Both the position numbers and the translations under genes were made by a program. A stretch of 64,000 bases of DNA from an uncultured Oscillospiraceae bacterium. GTDB lineage: Bacteria; Bacillota; Clostridia; Monoglobales; Monoglobaceae. The notes beneath the pieces are model-generated. The model ran no database searches. It was not told where the DNA came from and was given only the letters and a program-made list of their open reading frames with translations. Positions 9,590 to 20,394 of this stretch are shown one piece after another. The DNA lies in assembly GCA_964442605.1 (NCBI GenBank), contig CAYTZR010000002.1, forward strand, positions 11,387-75,386, written 5' to 3'. Numbering within the stretch: the first letter of the stretch is position 1; each line of letters begins with the position of its first letter.

Positions 9590-11095
9590 ATGAACACAAA
9601 AATTTTATCGAATAACGAAAATGATTTAAAAATAGCGGCGGACATTATTCGGTCGGGAGGAACTGTTGTTTTCCCGACCGAAACGGTATACGGACTTGGA
9701 GCAAACGCCCTTGACCCGAGCGCGGTTAAAAAAATATTCGAAGCAAAGGGGCGCCCGGGAGATAATCCGCTTATCGTTCATATATATAAAAAGGAACAAG
9801 CCGAAGAAGTTGCCGAGGATATACCGGAAACAGCCCGAAAGCTGATGGATGAATTTTGGCCGGGACCCCTTACTATAATATTAAAACGAAAACCGTGTAT
9901 ACCGAGCGAGGTGACAGCCGGTCTTGACACGGTTGGTATTCGTATGCCCAAAAATTCCTCTGCTGCGGAGCTTTTAAGGCTTGCGGACGTGCCTGTTGCC
10001 GCACCCAGCGCGAATATTTCAGGCAAGCCGAGTCCAACGGCGTTTAAGCACTGTGTTGATGACATGGACGGTAAGGTTGACGCAATAATTGACGGCGGCA
10101 GCTGCGATGTTGGTATTGAATCAACGGTAATCGATCTGTCAGGCGAGCCTGTTATTTACCGTCCGGGTGATATAAGCAGAGATCGGATTGAGTCGGTTAT
10201 AGGACAAAAAGTAGAGCTTGTAAAATCGGTAGCGAATGATGAAAAGCCTAAATCTCCGGGTCTTAAATATAAGCATTATTCACCAAACGCGGATGTGGTA
10301 ATATTGCACGGTGATGTTGATCGGGTTTTGGATTGTGTTAACAGCCAAACCGGGAAATGCGGAATTATTTTATTTGACGAAATTTTGTCTGCCGTAAAGG
10401 ATAAGCTTGATAAAACCGTCTACTGTATCTCTCTGGGCAGCGGAACGAGTCCAAAGGACGCGTCTGCCGCGCTGTTTGCCGCTTTGAGGGAGATGGACGA
10501 AAACGGTGTTAAAATAATATTTGCCCCCGAAATACCCGATACGGACAAGTGGGCAGGGGTGAGAAACAGACTGTACAGGGCTGCCGGAAATACGGTTTAT
10601 GATGCTGAACTGTTTGGCGAAAAGTATAATATGAGTAAAAAGCGCGTTTTGTTTGTGTGCACCGGTAATACTTGCAGAAGTCCCATGGCGGAGGGGCTTT
10701 TTAATTCACTCGCGAAAAAACAAAAAATAGACTGGCTCGCGGAGTCGGCGGGTCTGTTCGTGCTGCCCGGAGCGCAGGTCTCCGACAATTCTGTTAAGGC
10801 AATGCAAAGCATAGGCATTGATATAAGCGGACACAAGCCTGTGCAGCTGACCGCTGACTTAATTAAGCGCGCTGATTTGATTTTAACCATGTCGGTTTCT
10901 CATAAGCAGGCTATTGCATCGTTAGGCACTGAGTTTACGAATAAAACCTATACCTTGACTGAATACGCGGGTTCGGAGGGAGATATTGCTGATCCGTATG
11001 GCGGCAGCTATGAACAATATTATGAATGTATGCTTGAAATAAAACGCTGTGCGGTTAAAGCTGTTGAGAGGTGCAAAACGGTGAAAGATGATTAG
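9590..11095 (+). CDS. Sua5/YwlC threonylcarbamoyl-AMP synthase fused to a C-terminal low-molecular-weight (YwlE-like, probably pArg) phosphatase
   Basis: FPTETVYGLGA, AKGRPGDNPLIVH, APSANISGKPSPT, SPGLKYKHYSP; then, in frame, VLFVCTGNTCRSPMAEG and DIADPYGG. Confidence 0.9.
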   Translation: MNTKILSNNENDLKIAADIIRSGGTVVFPTETVYGLGANALDPSAVKKIFEAKGRPGDNPLIVHIYKKEQAEEVAEDIPETARKLMDEFWPGPLTIILKRKPCIPSEVTAGLDTVGIRMPKNSSAAELLRLADVPVAAPSANISGKPSPTAFKHCVDDMDGKVDAIIDGGSCDVGIESTVIDLSGEPVIYRPGDISRDRIESVIGQKVELVKSVANDEKPKSPGLKYKHYSPNADVVILHGDVDRVLDCVNSQTGKCGIILFDEILSAVKDKLDKTVYCISLGSGTSPKDASAALFAALREMDENGVKIIFAPEIPDTDKWAGVRNRLYRAAGNTVYDAELFGEKYNMSKKRVLFVCTGNTCRSPMAEGLFNSLAKKQKIDWLAESAGLFVLPGAQVSDNSVKAMQSIGIDISGHKPVQLTADLIKRADLILTMSVSHKQAIASLGTEFTNKTYTLTEYAGSEGDIADPYGGSYEQYYECMLEIKRCAVKAVERCKTVKDD

Positions 11096-11531
11096 ATTTG
11101 AGCTGTTAAAAAAAGAGCGCATTGATGAAATTATTAAGATTGAGAACCGTTGCTTTCCGGATGACGCATGGACAAGAAATATGTTCGAAAGCGAGCTGAA
11201 TAACAATATTTCCGTGTTTGTCACGGGGATAGATGAGGTTGATAATTCCGTCACGTGCTACGGCGGGGTTTGGCTGATTGCCGACATTGGAGAGGTTACA
11301 AGCATTGCCGTTGCTCCGGAGCTTTGGAGACAGGGGATGGGTGAAAGACTGCTGTCTTTGCTGATTGATATTTGTGTCGAAAACAAAATGTCAGAGGTTG
11401 ACTTAGAGGTTAAAGCCTCAAACATTTCCGCTGTTTCTTTGTACAAAAAGATGGGATTTCAGGTTGTAGGACGGCGCAAAGAGTATTATAAGGATAAATC
11501 GGACGCGCTTTTAATGACAAAAAAATTGTAG
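11088..11531 (+). CDS. rimI: RimI-like GNAT N-acetyltransferase
   Basis: [38 protein letters not shown]; adjacent to tsaD. Confidence 0.88.
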   Translation: MIRFELLKKERIDEIIKIENRCFPDDAWTRNMFESELNNNISVFVTGIDEVDNSVTCYGGVWLIADIGEVTSIAVAPELWRQGMGERLLSLLIDICVENKMSEVDLEVKASNISAVSLYKKMGFQVVGRRKEYYKDKSDALLMTKKL

Positions 11532-11541
11532 AGGTGATATT

Positions 11542-12543
11542 TTGAAAATTTTAGCGATAGAAAGCTCCTGTGACGAAACCGCCGCAGCCGTTGTGGAGGA
11601 CGGAACAAATGTTTTGTCAAACGTGATAAATACACAAATTGATATTCATAAGGAATACGGCGGCGTTGTGCCGGAAATTGCGTCAAGAAAGCATATCGAG
11701 AATATAAGCGGTGTCGTTGACAAGGCGCTTTCCGATGCGGGACTTGAGTTTAATGATATTGACGCGATTGCCGTAACCTGCGGCCCGGGACTTGTCGGTG
11801 CGCTGCTTGTGGGTGTTTCATACGCAAAGGGACTAAGCTTTGCCTTAAATAAGCCTCTTATACCCGTTCATCATATACGCGGTCATATCTGCGCCAACTA
11901 TATTGAAAACCCTTCTTTAAAGCCGCCGTTTGTGTGTCTCGTTGCATCCGGAGGTCACAGCAATATTGTTTATGTTAAATCCCATACGGAGTATGACGTA
12001 ATCGCGAAAACGAACGATGACGCGGCAGGCGAGGCGTTTGATAAGGTTGCGCGTGTTCTGGGACTTGGTTACCCCGGCGGACCCCGAATTCAAAAGGCAG
12101 CGGAGAGCGGAAACAAATACGCTATTAATTTTCCCAGAGTTAATATGGGCGATGATGGGTTTGACTTCAGCTTCAGCGGTGTTAAAACCTCGGTTCTGAA
12201 TTATATACATAACGCGGAGCAGAGGGGAATTGAGATTAATATAAACGACGTTGCGGCATCGTTTCAGGAAGCGGTCGTGGATGTTTTGTCAAATCATCTG
12301 CTTGGAGCGGCTGAGAAATACAACGTAAACAAGATTGCGCTCGCGGGAGGTGTAGCTTCAAATTTACCGCTGAGGGAGTCAATAAAGAAAAAGGCGGCTG
12401 AAAAGGGCTTAAAATTTTATTATCCAAAGCCGTTATTATGTACCGATAACGCCGCGATGATAGGCTGTTCCGCTTTTTATGAGTATAAAGCCGGAAGACT
12501 CGCCGATATGAGTCTTAATGCTTATGCTAATTTGGATATATGA
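11542..12543 (+). CDS. tsaD: tRNA N6-adenosine threonylcarbamoyltransferase
   Basis: [47 protein letters not shown]. Confidence 0.97.
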   Translation: MKILAIESSCDETAAAVVEDGTNVLSNVINTQIDIHKEYGGVVPEIASRKHIENISGVVDKALSDAGLEFNDIDAIAVTCGPGLVGALLVGVSYAKGLSFALNKPLIPVHHIRGHICANYIENPSLKPPFVCLVASGGHSNIVYVKSHTEYDVIAKTNDDAAGEAFDKVARVLGLGYPGGPRIQKAAESGNKYAINFPRVNMGDDGFDFSFSGVKTSVLNYIHNAEQRGIEININDVAASFQEAVVDVLSNHLLGAAEKYNVNKIALAGGVASNLPLRESIKKKAAEKGLKFYYPKPLLCTDNAAMIGCSAFYEYKAGRLADMSLNAYANLDI

Positions 12544-12657
12544 AAATTGCACACTAAAATTTGTTAAAAACAAACAAATTTTTGCTATGTTATAATTTTA
12601 TTATTGACGTTTTTAATAAAATATAGTATCATTAATATATATTTGGAGGTGTTTAAA

Positions 12658-13881
12658 TTGGCATTAAATGTAGTTAGCGAGGCAAGACGTTGTTTGAATT
12701 GTAAAAAGCCCATGTGCAGACAGGGCTGTCCTATAAGCACAAACATTCCCACCATGATACAAATGTTTTTGAACGGTCAAATGGAGGATGCGGGAAAAAT
12801 GCTGTTTGACAATAATCCGCTGTCGGTAGTCTGCTCTCTTGTATGCTCCCATGAAACTCAGTGTCAGGGACATTGTGTGTTGGGCAGAAAAAGCAACCCG
12901 GTACATATCAGCAGTATTGAAAATTATATTTCAAGCGCGTACCTGGATCGACTGAAGTTTGAAAAGCCTGAGAAAAACGGTAAAATGGTCGGTATTGTCG
13001 GTTCAGGCCCCGCCGGAATAACCATTGCCATCAGTCTTGCAAAGCGCGGTTATGATGTTACTATCTTTGAAGCAAAGGACAAAATCGGCGGCGTTTTAAG
13101 ATATGGTATTCCGGAATTCAGGCTGCCTAAGTCAATACTTGACAGATATAAAAAGCTGATGCTTGATTTGGGAATTAAAATCAGACCCAACGCCACAATA
13201 GGCGGCGCTATAGGTATTGAAGATATATTCAGAGACGGATATGACGCTTTGTTTATAGGTACGGGCGTATGGAAGCCAAACAGCCTGAAAATAAAGGGCG
13301 AAAGCTTAGGTAATGTTCATTACGCAATCGCGTATTTGATTAATCCCGATGAATATAATCTCGGGGACGATCTTATAATTATCGGCGCGGGAAATGCCGC
13401 TATGGATGTTGCGAGAACCGCGATCCGAAAGGGAGTAAGAAATGTTACGGTATTCAACAGAACCGACAAGGTTGCCGCGAGCGATTTGGAGTATGAATAC
13501 GCCAGGTTTGACGGCGTTGAATTTGAGCATTGTAAAATTCCCGTTGAGATTACACCTGAGGGCGTAATATTCCGCGATTCAAAGGTAAATGAGGACGGAA
13601 GCGTTGAAGAAATCGAAGGCAGCGAAAAGTTCTATCCGTCATCCTCGGTTATCGTTTCAATAAGCCAAGGCGCTCAGGACCAGATTTTGTCAAGAACCAA
13701 GGGTATTGACACAAATAAAAAGGGACTTTTGGTTACAAATGAGTACGGCGAAACAACAAGAGAGGGCATTTTTGCTTCCGGAGATATTGTTAAGGGAGCA
13801 AAGACGGTTGTTGAGGCCGTAAAATATTCAAAGCTCGTTGCCGATGCGATGGATGAGTATATGCAGGGTATTAAGAAATAA
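12658..13881 (+). CDS. GltD/NfnB-like Fe-S flavoprotein NAD(P)-dependent oxidoreductase
   Basis: RCLNCKKPMCRQGCP, GSGPAG, YGIPEFRLPK, GAGNAAMDVAR; TTG start after GGAGG. Confidence 0.85.
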   Translation: MALNVVSEARRCLNCKKPMCRQGCPISTNIPTMIQMFLNGQMEDAGKMLFDNNPLSVVCSLVCSHETQCQGHCVLGRKSNPVHISSIENYISSAYLDRLKFEKPEKNGKMVGIVGSGPAGITIAISLAKRGYDVTIFEAKDKIGGVLRYGIPEFRLPKSILDRYKKLMLDLGIKIRPNATIGGAIGIEDIFRDGYDALFIGTGVWKPNSLKIKGESLGNVHYAIAYLINPDEYNLGDDLIIIGAGNAAMDVARTAIRKGVRNVTVFNRTDKVAASDLEYEYARFDGVEFEHCKIPVEITPEGVIFRDSKVNEDGSVEEIEGSEKFYPSSSVIVSISQGAQDQILSRTKGIDTNKKGLLVTNEYGETTREGIFASGDIVKGAKTVVEAVKYSKLVADAMDEYMQGIKK

Positions 13882-13942
13882 TCTTTATCGATAGTCTTTA
13901 TTATTAATTTTTATCATTAATTTTTGAGGGAGTTGAATACCA

Positions 13943-16900
13943 ATGAAGAAGTTTATGGCAGTATTATTATCCTTATGTTTGTTTGTATCCGTTGGTATCG
14001 CGGAGGCGGTTTTCGCGGCGGGAGATGATACGACGGCGAATAGCGCGATTGTCGCATTCCCCGGCGCTGAGGGCGGCGGAAAGTATACCAAGGGTGCGCG
14101 CGGCGCTCTTGATGTTGAAGGCGGAACGGTTGAGGTTTATCATGTAACAACGCTTGACTCAACAGGTCCCGGCTCGTTTGCGGACGCGATAACGGCGGAT
14201 CCTGAAGAATATGATGAAAACGGTAATATTATAGAAAAGCCGCCCGTCGGCAGGATTATCGTATTCGATGTTGGCGGTGTTATTGATTATCCAAACAGCA
14301 CCAAAATCGGCAGAGATTATGTAACAATATTGGGGCAGACCGCTCCGGGTGACGGTATTACCCTTACCGGCGGTGATTTGCAGATAGGAAACGGAAAGCA
14401 AAATGTTATCATGAGGTATCTGCGCGTGCGTCCTACCAATAAGAACGGCGTAGAGGTTGACGGCATAGGCGGTCAGTGGAACAAGGATGTCATCATTGAC
14501 CATTGCTCCACAAGCTGGTGCGTTGACGAGGGACTTACACTTTACGCCGGCTCGGCTGAAAGCACAAGCTATGAACAAGGTCAGCGTCTTACCGTGCAGA
14601 ATACGATTTCCGCCGAGAGTATGAGAATGTCGGGGCATTTTAAGGGCGCTCACGGCTACGGCGCGATTTTGGGCGGCACAAACGCCACGTATTACCGCAA
14701 CCTGTTTGCGCATCATGACAGCCGCTCACCGCGACTTGACAGAGTTTTACAGAAAACCGATTTCAGAAATAATATTGTTTATAACTGGGGCGTTACAAAT
14801 TCAGCCTACGGCGGTGAGCCCGTCTCGCCTCATAATTCGGTGCTTCGCCCTTCAGAGATAAATTATTCTAACAACTACTACAGCTTTGGTCCCAGCACTG
14901 TTTCGGGTAAGAGATACAGAATATATGATTTTTCGGGCTTGTCAAAAACGGTTGAAGGCGTAACGTATAAAAGCAAGTTTTATCTGACAGACAATTACGT
15001 TGACGGCAGCTCGACGGTTACGAGCAATAACTGGGCAAATGACGGAATAAACAGCGCGGCGGATCAGGTTGAAAAGGTTGATGAACCATTCTCACTGGGC
15101 GATGAGCTGTATCCCGATTTGAATATCACGGCTGACAATCTGCTCGCCGGAAAGGACGTTAAGGACAGCGTGCTTGAAGATGTTGGAGCAACGCTGCCGA
15201 AGCGCGACTCTATCGATGCGCGTGTTGTTGCCGATGTTAAGAACAGAACGGGAAGAATTATAAATAATGAAGAAGAGGTCGGCGGACTTGTAGGTATTGA
15301 AAGCTCTGAGAGAGTGTTTGAAATTCCGGACGATTGGAAAGCGGAAAACGGCATGGGAAGCGCCAAGGATGAGGATATTGTCCCGGATGGTGTTTGGGCA
15401 GGCTATACATGGATCGAGGCATATGTAAACGATTGGACAGAGAAGATGAGTGAAAATTCTCCGACTAATCCCGAGATAACCGTGACAAGCCCGGCAATAG
15501 CCTCCGTAAACAGCACGGTTAACGGTCAGACGGTCAATAACGGTAATTGGACGGTTATCAAAGAGAACGAAACCGTTTCTTATAAAGCATCCGCATCGGC
15601 GGTTGGCGATACCACGATAACAAAGATGGAGCTTTATGATGATGAAACACTTTTGTATACATACGATAACGCGGCGGAAATCAACGATGCTATATCGCTT
15701 CCCATCGGCACGCATTACCTGTCCTGCATGGCGTATAACGATAAGGGCGAAAGCACAAGAAGCACAACCTCTATTGTGTATGTCAACGGCTCCACCGCCC
15801 CTGAGGGCTGGACGCTAAAGCAGATTGGTTCAACATCGTATTCGGGCAAGGGAGCAATATCGGTTGACGAGAACGGTCTTTATACAATCGGCGGAAGCGG
15901 CAAAATAGGCAGCACAGCCGACAAATGCGACTTTATGTATAAGCAAATTACCGGTGATTTTGATATTTCTTTGAAAATCGAAGATATAATGGCAAACGAA
16001 AACGGTCCGGTACTCGGTCTTATGGTGCGTGAAACCCTGGACGCGAACTCCAAAATGGCAGCTCTTGTCGATGGCTGGATTAAGTATGGCAGAAACGACA
16101 GAATTGTGGCGCGTGCTACCAAAGGCGGGTCCATTATGACGGACAGCGAAAACAGCAATTCAACCGATAACAAGACGGGAATATTCATGAGGGGGTCGAG
16201 CGGTGAAATCGTTTCGGGAAATGTTTTGGGTGAGAGTACCTATGACACCGAGCCTACGGGAACATATCATTTGCCGAATTATCTAAGAATTCAAAGAAGC
16301 GGCGACACACTTGTGTTTTCTGTATCGGACAGCGGAACGGATTGGACGGACAACGCGAGACAGCCATATATTTTGAATATAAGCGGGCTTGCAGACAAGC
16401 TTTACGTGGGCGTAGCGATTGACTCGCAGCAGGGTCAGTCCGACGCATCGCCAAAATTATATTATTCGATGGCGCAGTTCAGTGAATTGAACCTTGAAAA
16501 CGAGTTCAATTACGAAACGCCGCCGACAGCGACGCCCGCGCCGACGGTTGATCCGGCTGTTGCCGAAAAGTACAGCGGCTGGGTACAGGGACATTCGAGC
16601 GCAACCGCGACAGACGGAGAATTTTCATATGAAGCCTATGAGGGCAAGGATGCTCTGTATATCGCAAGCAGAAATGTTTACAAGGTTTTGGATGAGCCTG
16701 TTTCATCGGGAATAGTGAACTTTGACTTTGATGTTTACGTTGACACATCGATTGATAGAAACTTCCGCGTATATCTGGAAAACACGGTAGGCGATTGGCA
16801 AAATACCGATAATGTCTTTGCTGAGATTATCAACAACCGTAATAGTCAGGTTAACAAAGGACCGGGTATTGATGTGCAAAACGACCCGTTGTTTACATAC

Positions 16901-17413
16901 GCGCAGCTCGGTGAAAGCGGTTGGGTTCACTTTAAGACCGTGGTAAATTATGACAAAGTCGGGACAGATGAATTTATTACAATAACCGCCGTTAAAGCAG
17001 ACGGAACAATACTGAATACCGTCGGCATGGCTTCTATCCCCGGCGCGGATACAACTCTTAAATCAATAAGACTTGTGCAGACCGCAAAACCTGTATATTT
17101 TGCGGATATGAAAATACGTACTGAGCTGTCACCTATTGTCAGTGATAAGGTGTATTATACCTCACAGCCCGTTATAAACGGAAGCGAGATAAGCGCGGCG
17201 GTAATTAACGCGGGAGATGAAAGCGGCGCATTGTTCATAGCCGCGGCATATGAAAACGGTGTGCTTGCCGACGCGAAATCAGTGACGATACCGGCATCCG
17301 GCGCAGAATTTCCGATTGAACTGTCCTTTGATAAGGAATACAGCGATATAAGGCTATATCTCTGGTCATCGGGAACGATTGAACCATACAGCAACGTTAT
17401 TTTCGCTGAATAA
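13943..17413 (+). CDS. Large secreted multidomain pectate lyase (PL1-like)
   Basis: Signal peptide; AFPGAEGGGKYTKG, GQTAPGDGI, VIIDHCSTSWCVDE, HHDSRSPR, RDSIDARVV. These are followed by an Ig-like domain, beta-sandwich domains, a PT linker and a C-terminal ~80-aa module. Confidence 0.88.
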   Translation: MKKFMAVLLSLCLFVSVGIAEAVFAAGDDTTANSAIVAFPGAEGGGKYTKGARGALDVEGGTVEVYHVTTLDSTGPGSFADAITADPEEYDENGNIIEKPPVGRIIVFDVGGVIDYPNSTKIGRDYVTILGQTAPGDGITLTGGDLQIGNGKQNVIMRYLRVRPTNKNGVEVDGIGGQWNKDVIIDHCSTSWCVDEGLTLYAGSAESTSYEQGQRLTVQNTISAESMRMSGHFKGAHGYGAILGGTNATYYRNLFAHHDSRSPRLDRVLQKTDFRNNIVYNWGVTNSAYGGEPVSPHNSVLRPSEINYSNNYYSFGPSTVSGKRYRIYDFSGLSKTVEGVTYKSKFYLTDNYVDGSSTVTSNNWANDGINSAADQVEKVDEPFSLGDELYPDLNITADNLLAGKDVKDSVLEDVGATLPKRDSIDARVVADVKNRTGRIINNEEEVGGLVGIESSERVFEIPDDWKAENGMGSAKDEDIVPDGVWAGYTWIEAYVNDWTEKMSENSPTNPEITVTSPAIASVNSTVNGQTVNNGNWTVIKENETVSYKASASAVGDTTITKMELYDDETLLYTYDNAAEINDAISLPIGTHYLSCMAYNDKGESTRSTTSIVYVNGSTAPEGWTLKQIGSTSYSGKGAISVDENGLYTIGGSGKIGSTADKCDFMYKQITGDFDISLKIEDIMANENGPVLGLMVRETLDANSKMAALVDGWIKYGRNDRIVARATKGGSIMTDSENSNSTDNKTGIFMRGSSGEIVSGNVLGESTYDTEPTGTYHLPNYLRIQRSGDTLVFSVSDSGTDWTDNARQPYILNISGLADKLYVGVAIDSQQGQSDASPKLYYSMAQFSELNLENEFNYETPPTATPAPTVDPAVAEKYSGWVQGHSSATATDGEFSYEAYEGKDALYIASRNVYKVLDEPVSSGIVNFDFDVYVDTSIDRNFRVYLENTVGDWQNTDNVFAEIINNRNSQVNKGPGIDVQNDPLFTYAQLGESGWVHFKTVVNYDKVGTDEFITITAVKADGTILNTVGMASIPGADTTLKSIRLVQTAKPVYFADMKIRTELSPIVSDKVYYTSQPVINGSEISAAVINAGDESGALFIAAAYENGVLADAKSVTIPASGAEFPIELSFDKEYSDIRLYLWSSGTIEPYSNVIFAE

Positions 17414-17432
17414 TATTACGCTATAAATAATT

Positions 17433-17460
17433 AAAAGCCCGGGTTTGCCCCGGGCTTTTT
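17433..17460. terminator. Bidirectional intrinsic terminator between convergent genes
   Basis: AAAAGCCCGGG-TTTGC-CCCGGGCTTTTT. Confidence 0.85.
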
Positions 17461-17499
17461 GCAGCTTAATTAACAATGATTAAGGGTGGTATATACGGA

Positions 17500-18987
17500 T
17501 TATCCCCACGGGTTTTCCGTAGGATACCTTACGCCCTTTGGTTGGTTGTAGCCGATTTCGTCAGCCGGTACACCTAAGTACTTAAACACCTCATAGAGCG
17601 ACTTTCCGAAGTGACCGAAAGCAACCGCGCCGTGGTGCGGATAGTTCTTTTCGATGAGCACGTGACGGTAGAAGCGCCCCATTTCCGGAATGGCAAATAC
17701 GCCAATTGAGCCGAATGAACGTGTCGCAACCGGCAGAACCTCACCGTTTGCGATATAGCCTCTGAGCTTGCTGTCAGCCGTGCTTTGCAGACGGAAGAAT
17801 GTGATGTTGCCGGGAGCGATGTCGCCCTCCAACGTTCCGTTTGTAACCTCAACGGGGAGGCTTCTTGCCATAATCTTTTGGTTCTTCATTGAGCATGCAG
17901 CAAGCTTAGATGAGCACGTATTGCCGCAGTGGAAGCCCATAAACGTATCCTTATGAGTATAATCGAATTTACCCTTTATATCCTGCTCAAACATATCAGC
18001 CGGAACAGAGTTGTTAATATCAAGCAATGTAACGGCGTCCTCGCTTACGCAGGTACCGATATACTCGCTCAGGCAGCCGTATATGTCAACCTCGCAGGAT
18101 ACGGGTATGCCCTTGCCCGTAAGACGGCTGTTTACATAGCATGGTACAAAGCCGAACTGAGTCTGGAACGCAGGCCAGCATTTGCCCGCTATCGCGACAT
18201 ACTGCTTTGAACCCTTATTGGCTTCGATCCAGTCCAGCAGCGTCAGCTCATACTGAGCCAGCTTGGGAAGCACCTCGGGCTTCTTATTACCCGCTCCGAG
18301 CTCCTTTTCCATATCAGCGACAACCTCGGGAATTCTTTCGTCTCCGGCATGATTTTTGAACGCTTCAAACAAATCCAGCTCTGAATTTTCTTGGATTTCA
18401 ACGCCGAGCTTATAAAGCTGCGCGATAGGAGCGTTACATGCCATAAAGTTATGAGGACGCGGACCGAACGATATAATCTTTAAATTCTTAATTCCGATAA
18501 CGGTTCTCGCAATAGGCAAAAATTCATTTATCATTTCAGCACATTCCTCAGCCGTTCCAACCGGATATTCGGGGATATAAGCAGTTACGCCCCTCATTTT
18601 AAGACTGTAGCTCGCATTAAGCATACCGCAGTACGCGTCGCCCCTGTCATCGGAAAGACGACCGATGTTTTCCTCAGCGGCAGCAACGAACATTTTGGGA
18701 CCGTCAAACTGCTGCGCGAGCATTGTTTCGGAAATTTCGGGTCCGAAGTTTCCGAGGTATATGCACAAAGCGTTGCAGCCGTGCTCCTTAATATCGGCGA
18801 GAGCTTGTTTCATATGTATTTCGCTTTCAACTATGCATACGGGACATTCGTAAATATCGTCGGCGTTAAATTTTTCGGAATACGCCTTTATAAGCGCTTC
18901 TCTTCTCGAAACCGAAAGCGACTCGGGGAAGCAGTCACGGCTGACCGCGACGATACCGACCTTTACCTTTGGAATATTATCATACAT
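17500..18987 (-). CDS. L-fucose/L-arabinose isomerase family protein
   Basis: GDAYCGMLNA, CWPAFQ, PVSCEVD, FHCGNT, HHGAVAFGH; GGAGG precedes ATG 18987. Confidence 0.82.
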   Translation of the reverse strand: MYDNIPKVKVGIVAVSRDCFPESLSVSRREALIKAYSEKFNADDIYECPVCIVESEIHMKQALADIKEHGCNALCIYLGNFGPEISETMLAQQFDGPKMFVAAAEENIGRLSDDRGDAYCGMLNASYSLKMRGVTAYIPEYPVGTAEECAEMINEFLPIARTVIGIKNLKIISFGPRPHNFMACNAPIAQLYKLGVEIQENSELDLFEAFKNHAGDERIPEVVADMEKELGAGNKKPEVLPKLAQYELTLLDWIEANKGSKQYVAIAGKCWPAFQTQFGFVPCYVNSRLTGKGIPVSCEVDIYGCLSEYIGTCVSEDAVTLLDINNSVPADMFEQDIKGKFDYTHKDTFMGFHCGNTCSSKLAACSMKNQKIMARSLPVEVTNGTLEGDIAPGNITFFRLQSTADSKLRGYIANGEVLPVATRSFGSIGVFAIPEMGRFYRHVLIEKNYPHHGAVAFGHFGKSLYEVFKYLGVPADEIGYNQPKGVRYPTENPWG

Positions 18988-19116
18988 CTCAAATACCTCC
19001 ATGATTATGATTATTAAAATATTTATTTATATATCTTATTATTTGTATATTTTTTATTTTATTTGTATATTTTAATACAAAAAAATAATTTCGTCAATAC
19101 ATTTTTTGTGATTTTA

Positions 19117-20394
19117 TCATAATTTAATAATTATCTTAGCCACACGTCTGTTTTCCATCTGTATCACAGAAACGCGATGATTGTTAAATTCAAATTTATC
19201 ACCTATCTCAGGCATTTTTGACAGCTTTTCCATAACCCAGCCCGAAACGGTGTTCGGATCGTCGTCGCTGACCTTTTCGCCGATTAAATCCATAAGGTCT
19301 TCAAGATCGGCGCTTCCCAGAACCTCGTATATGCCGTCGGACAATTTTTTTATATTCTCCACAACCTCGTCATGCTCGTCCCAGATTTCGCCGACAAGCT
19401 CCTCTAAAATATCTTCAAGCGTCAGTATTCCGTCCGTCCCGCCATACTCATCAACCACAATCGCGAAGTGGCTTTTGGATTTTTGCAGCATTCGTATAAG
19501 CTCGGATATATTAATCGAGGGCATAACATATATTACCGGAAAAATAATATCTTCAATATTTGTATTATTTATATTATTTGTATTATTATTTGTGTTGTCG
19601 GTATTTGAATTTTTGTTTCTTTGGATTTGATAAAACAAATCCTTTTGGTGTATAACACCGATTATATTGTCGATTGTGTCGCGATAAACGGGCAGTCTGG
19701 AAAATCCTGTATCCAGAAATGTTTTGATTATTTCATCAATGCTTGTGCCTATTTCTATCGCGCATACATCAATTCGCGGAGTGAGTATGTCGGAGGCTTC
19801 CAAATCATTAAATTCTATCGCGCTTTTGATAAGCTCGCTCTCATCGGAATTTATCTCGCCGAAGCTTTCCGCCTCGTCAACCATCGTAATAAGCTCTTCC
19901 TCCGTAATGCCGCTTTTGTTTTTAGACTTGAATAATTTATTCAAGAGCTTTTTCCAAAGTGTAAAGAGGTAGTTTACGGGCGTTAAAATGAATTGCAGGG
20001 CGGAAATAGGCTTTGAAACCGCCATAGCAAAGCGCTCGGGACTCTCCTTCGCAAGATTTTTGGGTGAGATTTCACCGAAGATAAGTACCAGAATTGTCAT
20101 TGTAATAGTAGACAAGGTAACGCCGGCATTGCCGAAGAAGCCGACAAAAAGCACTGTGGCAAGAGATGACGCCAGAATATTTACAACATTGTTTCCTACA
20201 AGAATGGTGGATAAAAGCTTGTCGTAGTTTTCGGACAAGCGATCGACTAAGAGGGCTTTTTTGTTACCGTCCTTTACAAGATTTTTAATTCGTATACGAT
20301 TTAATGAAGTGTATGCTGTTTCTGTTGCGGAAAAAAACGCCGAGCAGGCAATCAAAACAATAATAATAAAAATAAGCCCGACAGAACTGTCCAT
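19117..20394 (-). CDS. CNNM/CorB (DUF21-CBS-CorC, hemolysin-family) membrane protein
   Basis: [33 protein letters not shown]-like [37 protein letters not shown]; Asn-rich insert between the CBS domains. Confidence 0.92.
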   Translation of the reverse strand: MDSSVGLIFIIIVLIACSAFFSATETAYTSLNRIRIKNLVKDGNKKALLVDRLSENYDKLLSTILVGNNVVNILASSLATVLFVGFFGNAGVTLSTITMTILVLIFGEISPKNLAKESPERFAMAVSKPISALQFILTPVNYLFTLWKKLLNKLFKSKNKSGITEEELITMVDEAESFGEINSDESELIKSAIEFNDLEASDILTPRIDVCAIEIGTSIDEIIKTFLDTGFSRLPVYRDTIDNIIGVIHQKDLFYQIQRNKNSNTDNTNNNTNNINNTNIEDIIFPVIYVMPSINISELIRMLQKSKSHFAIVVDEYGGTDGILTLEDILEELVGEIWDEHDEVVENIKKLSDGIYEVLGSADLEDLMDLIGEKVSDDDPNTVSGWVMEKLSKMPEIGDKFEFNNHRVSVIQMENRRVAKIIIKL

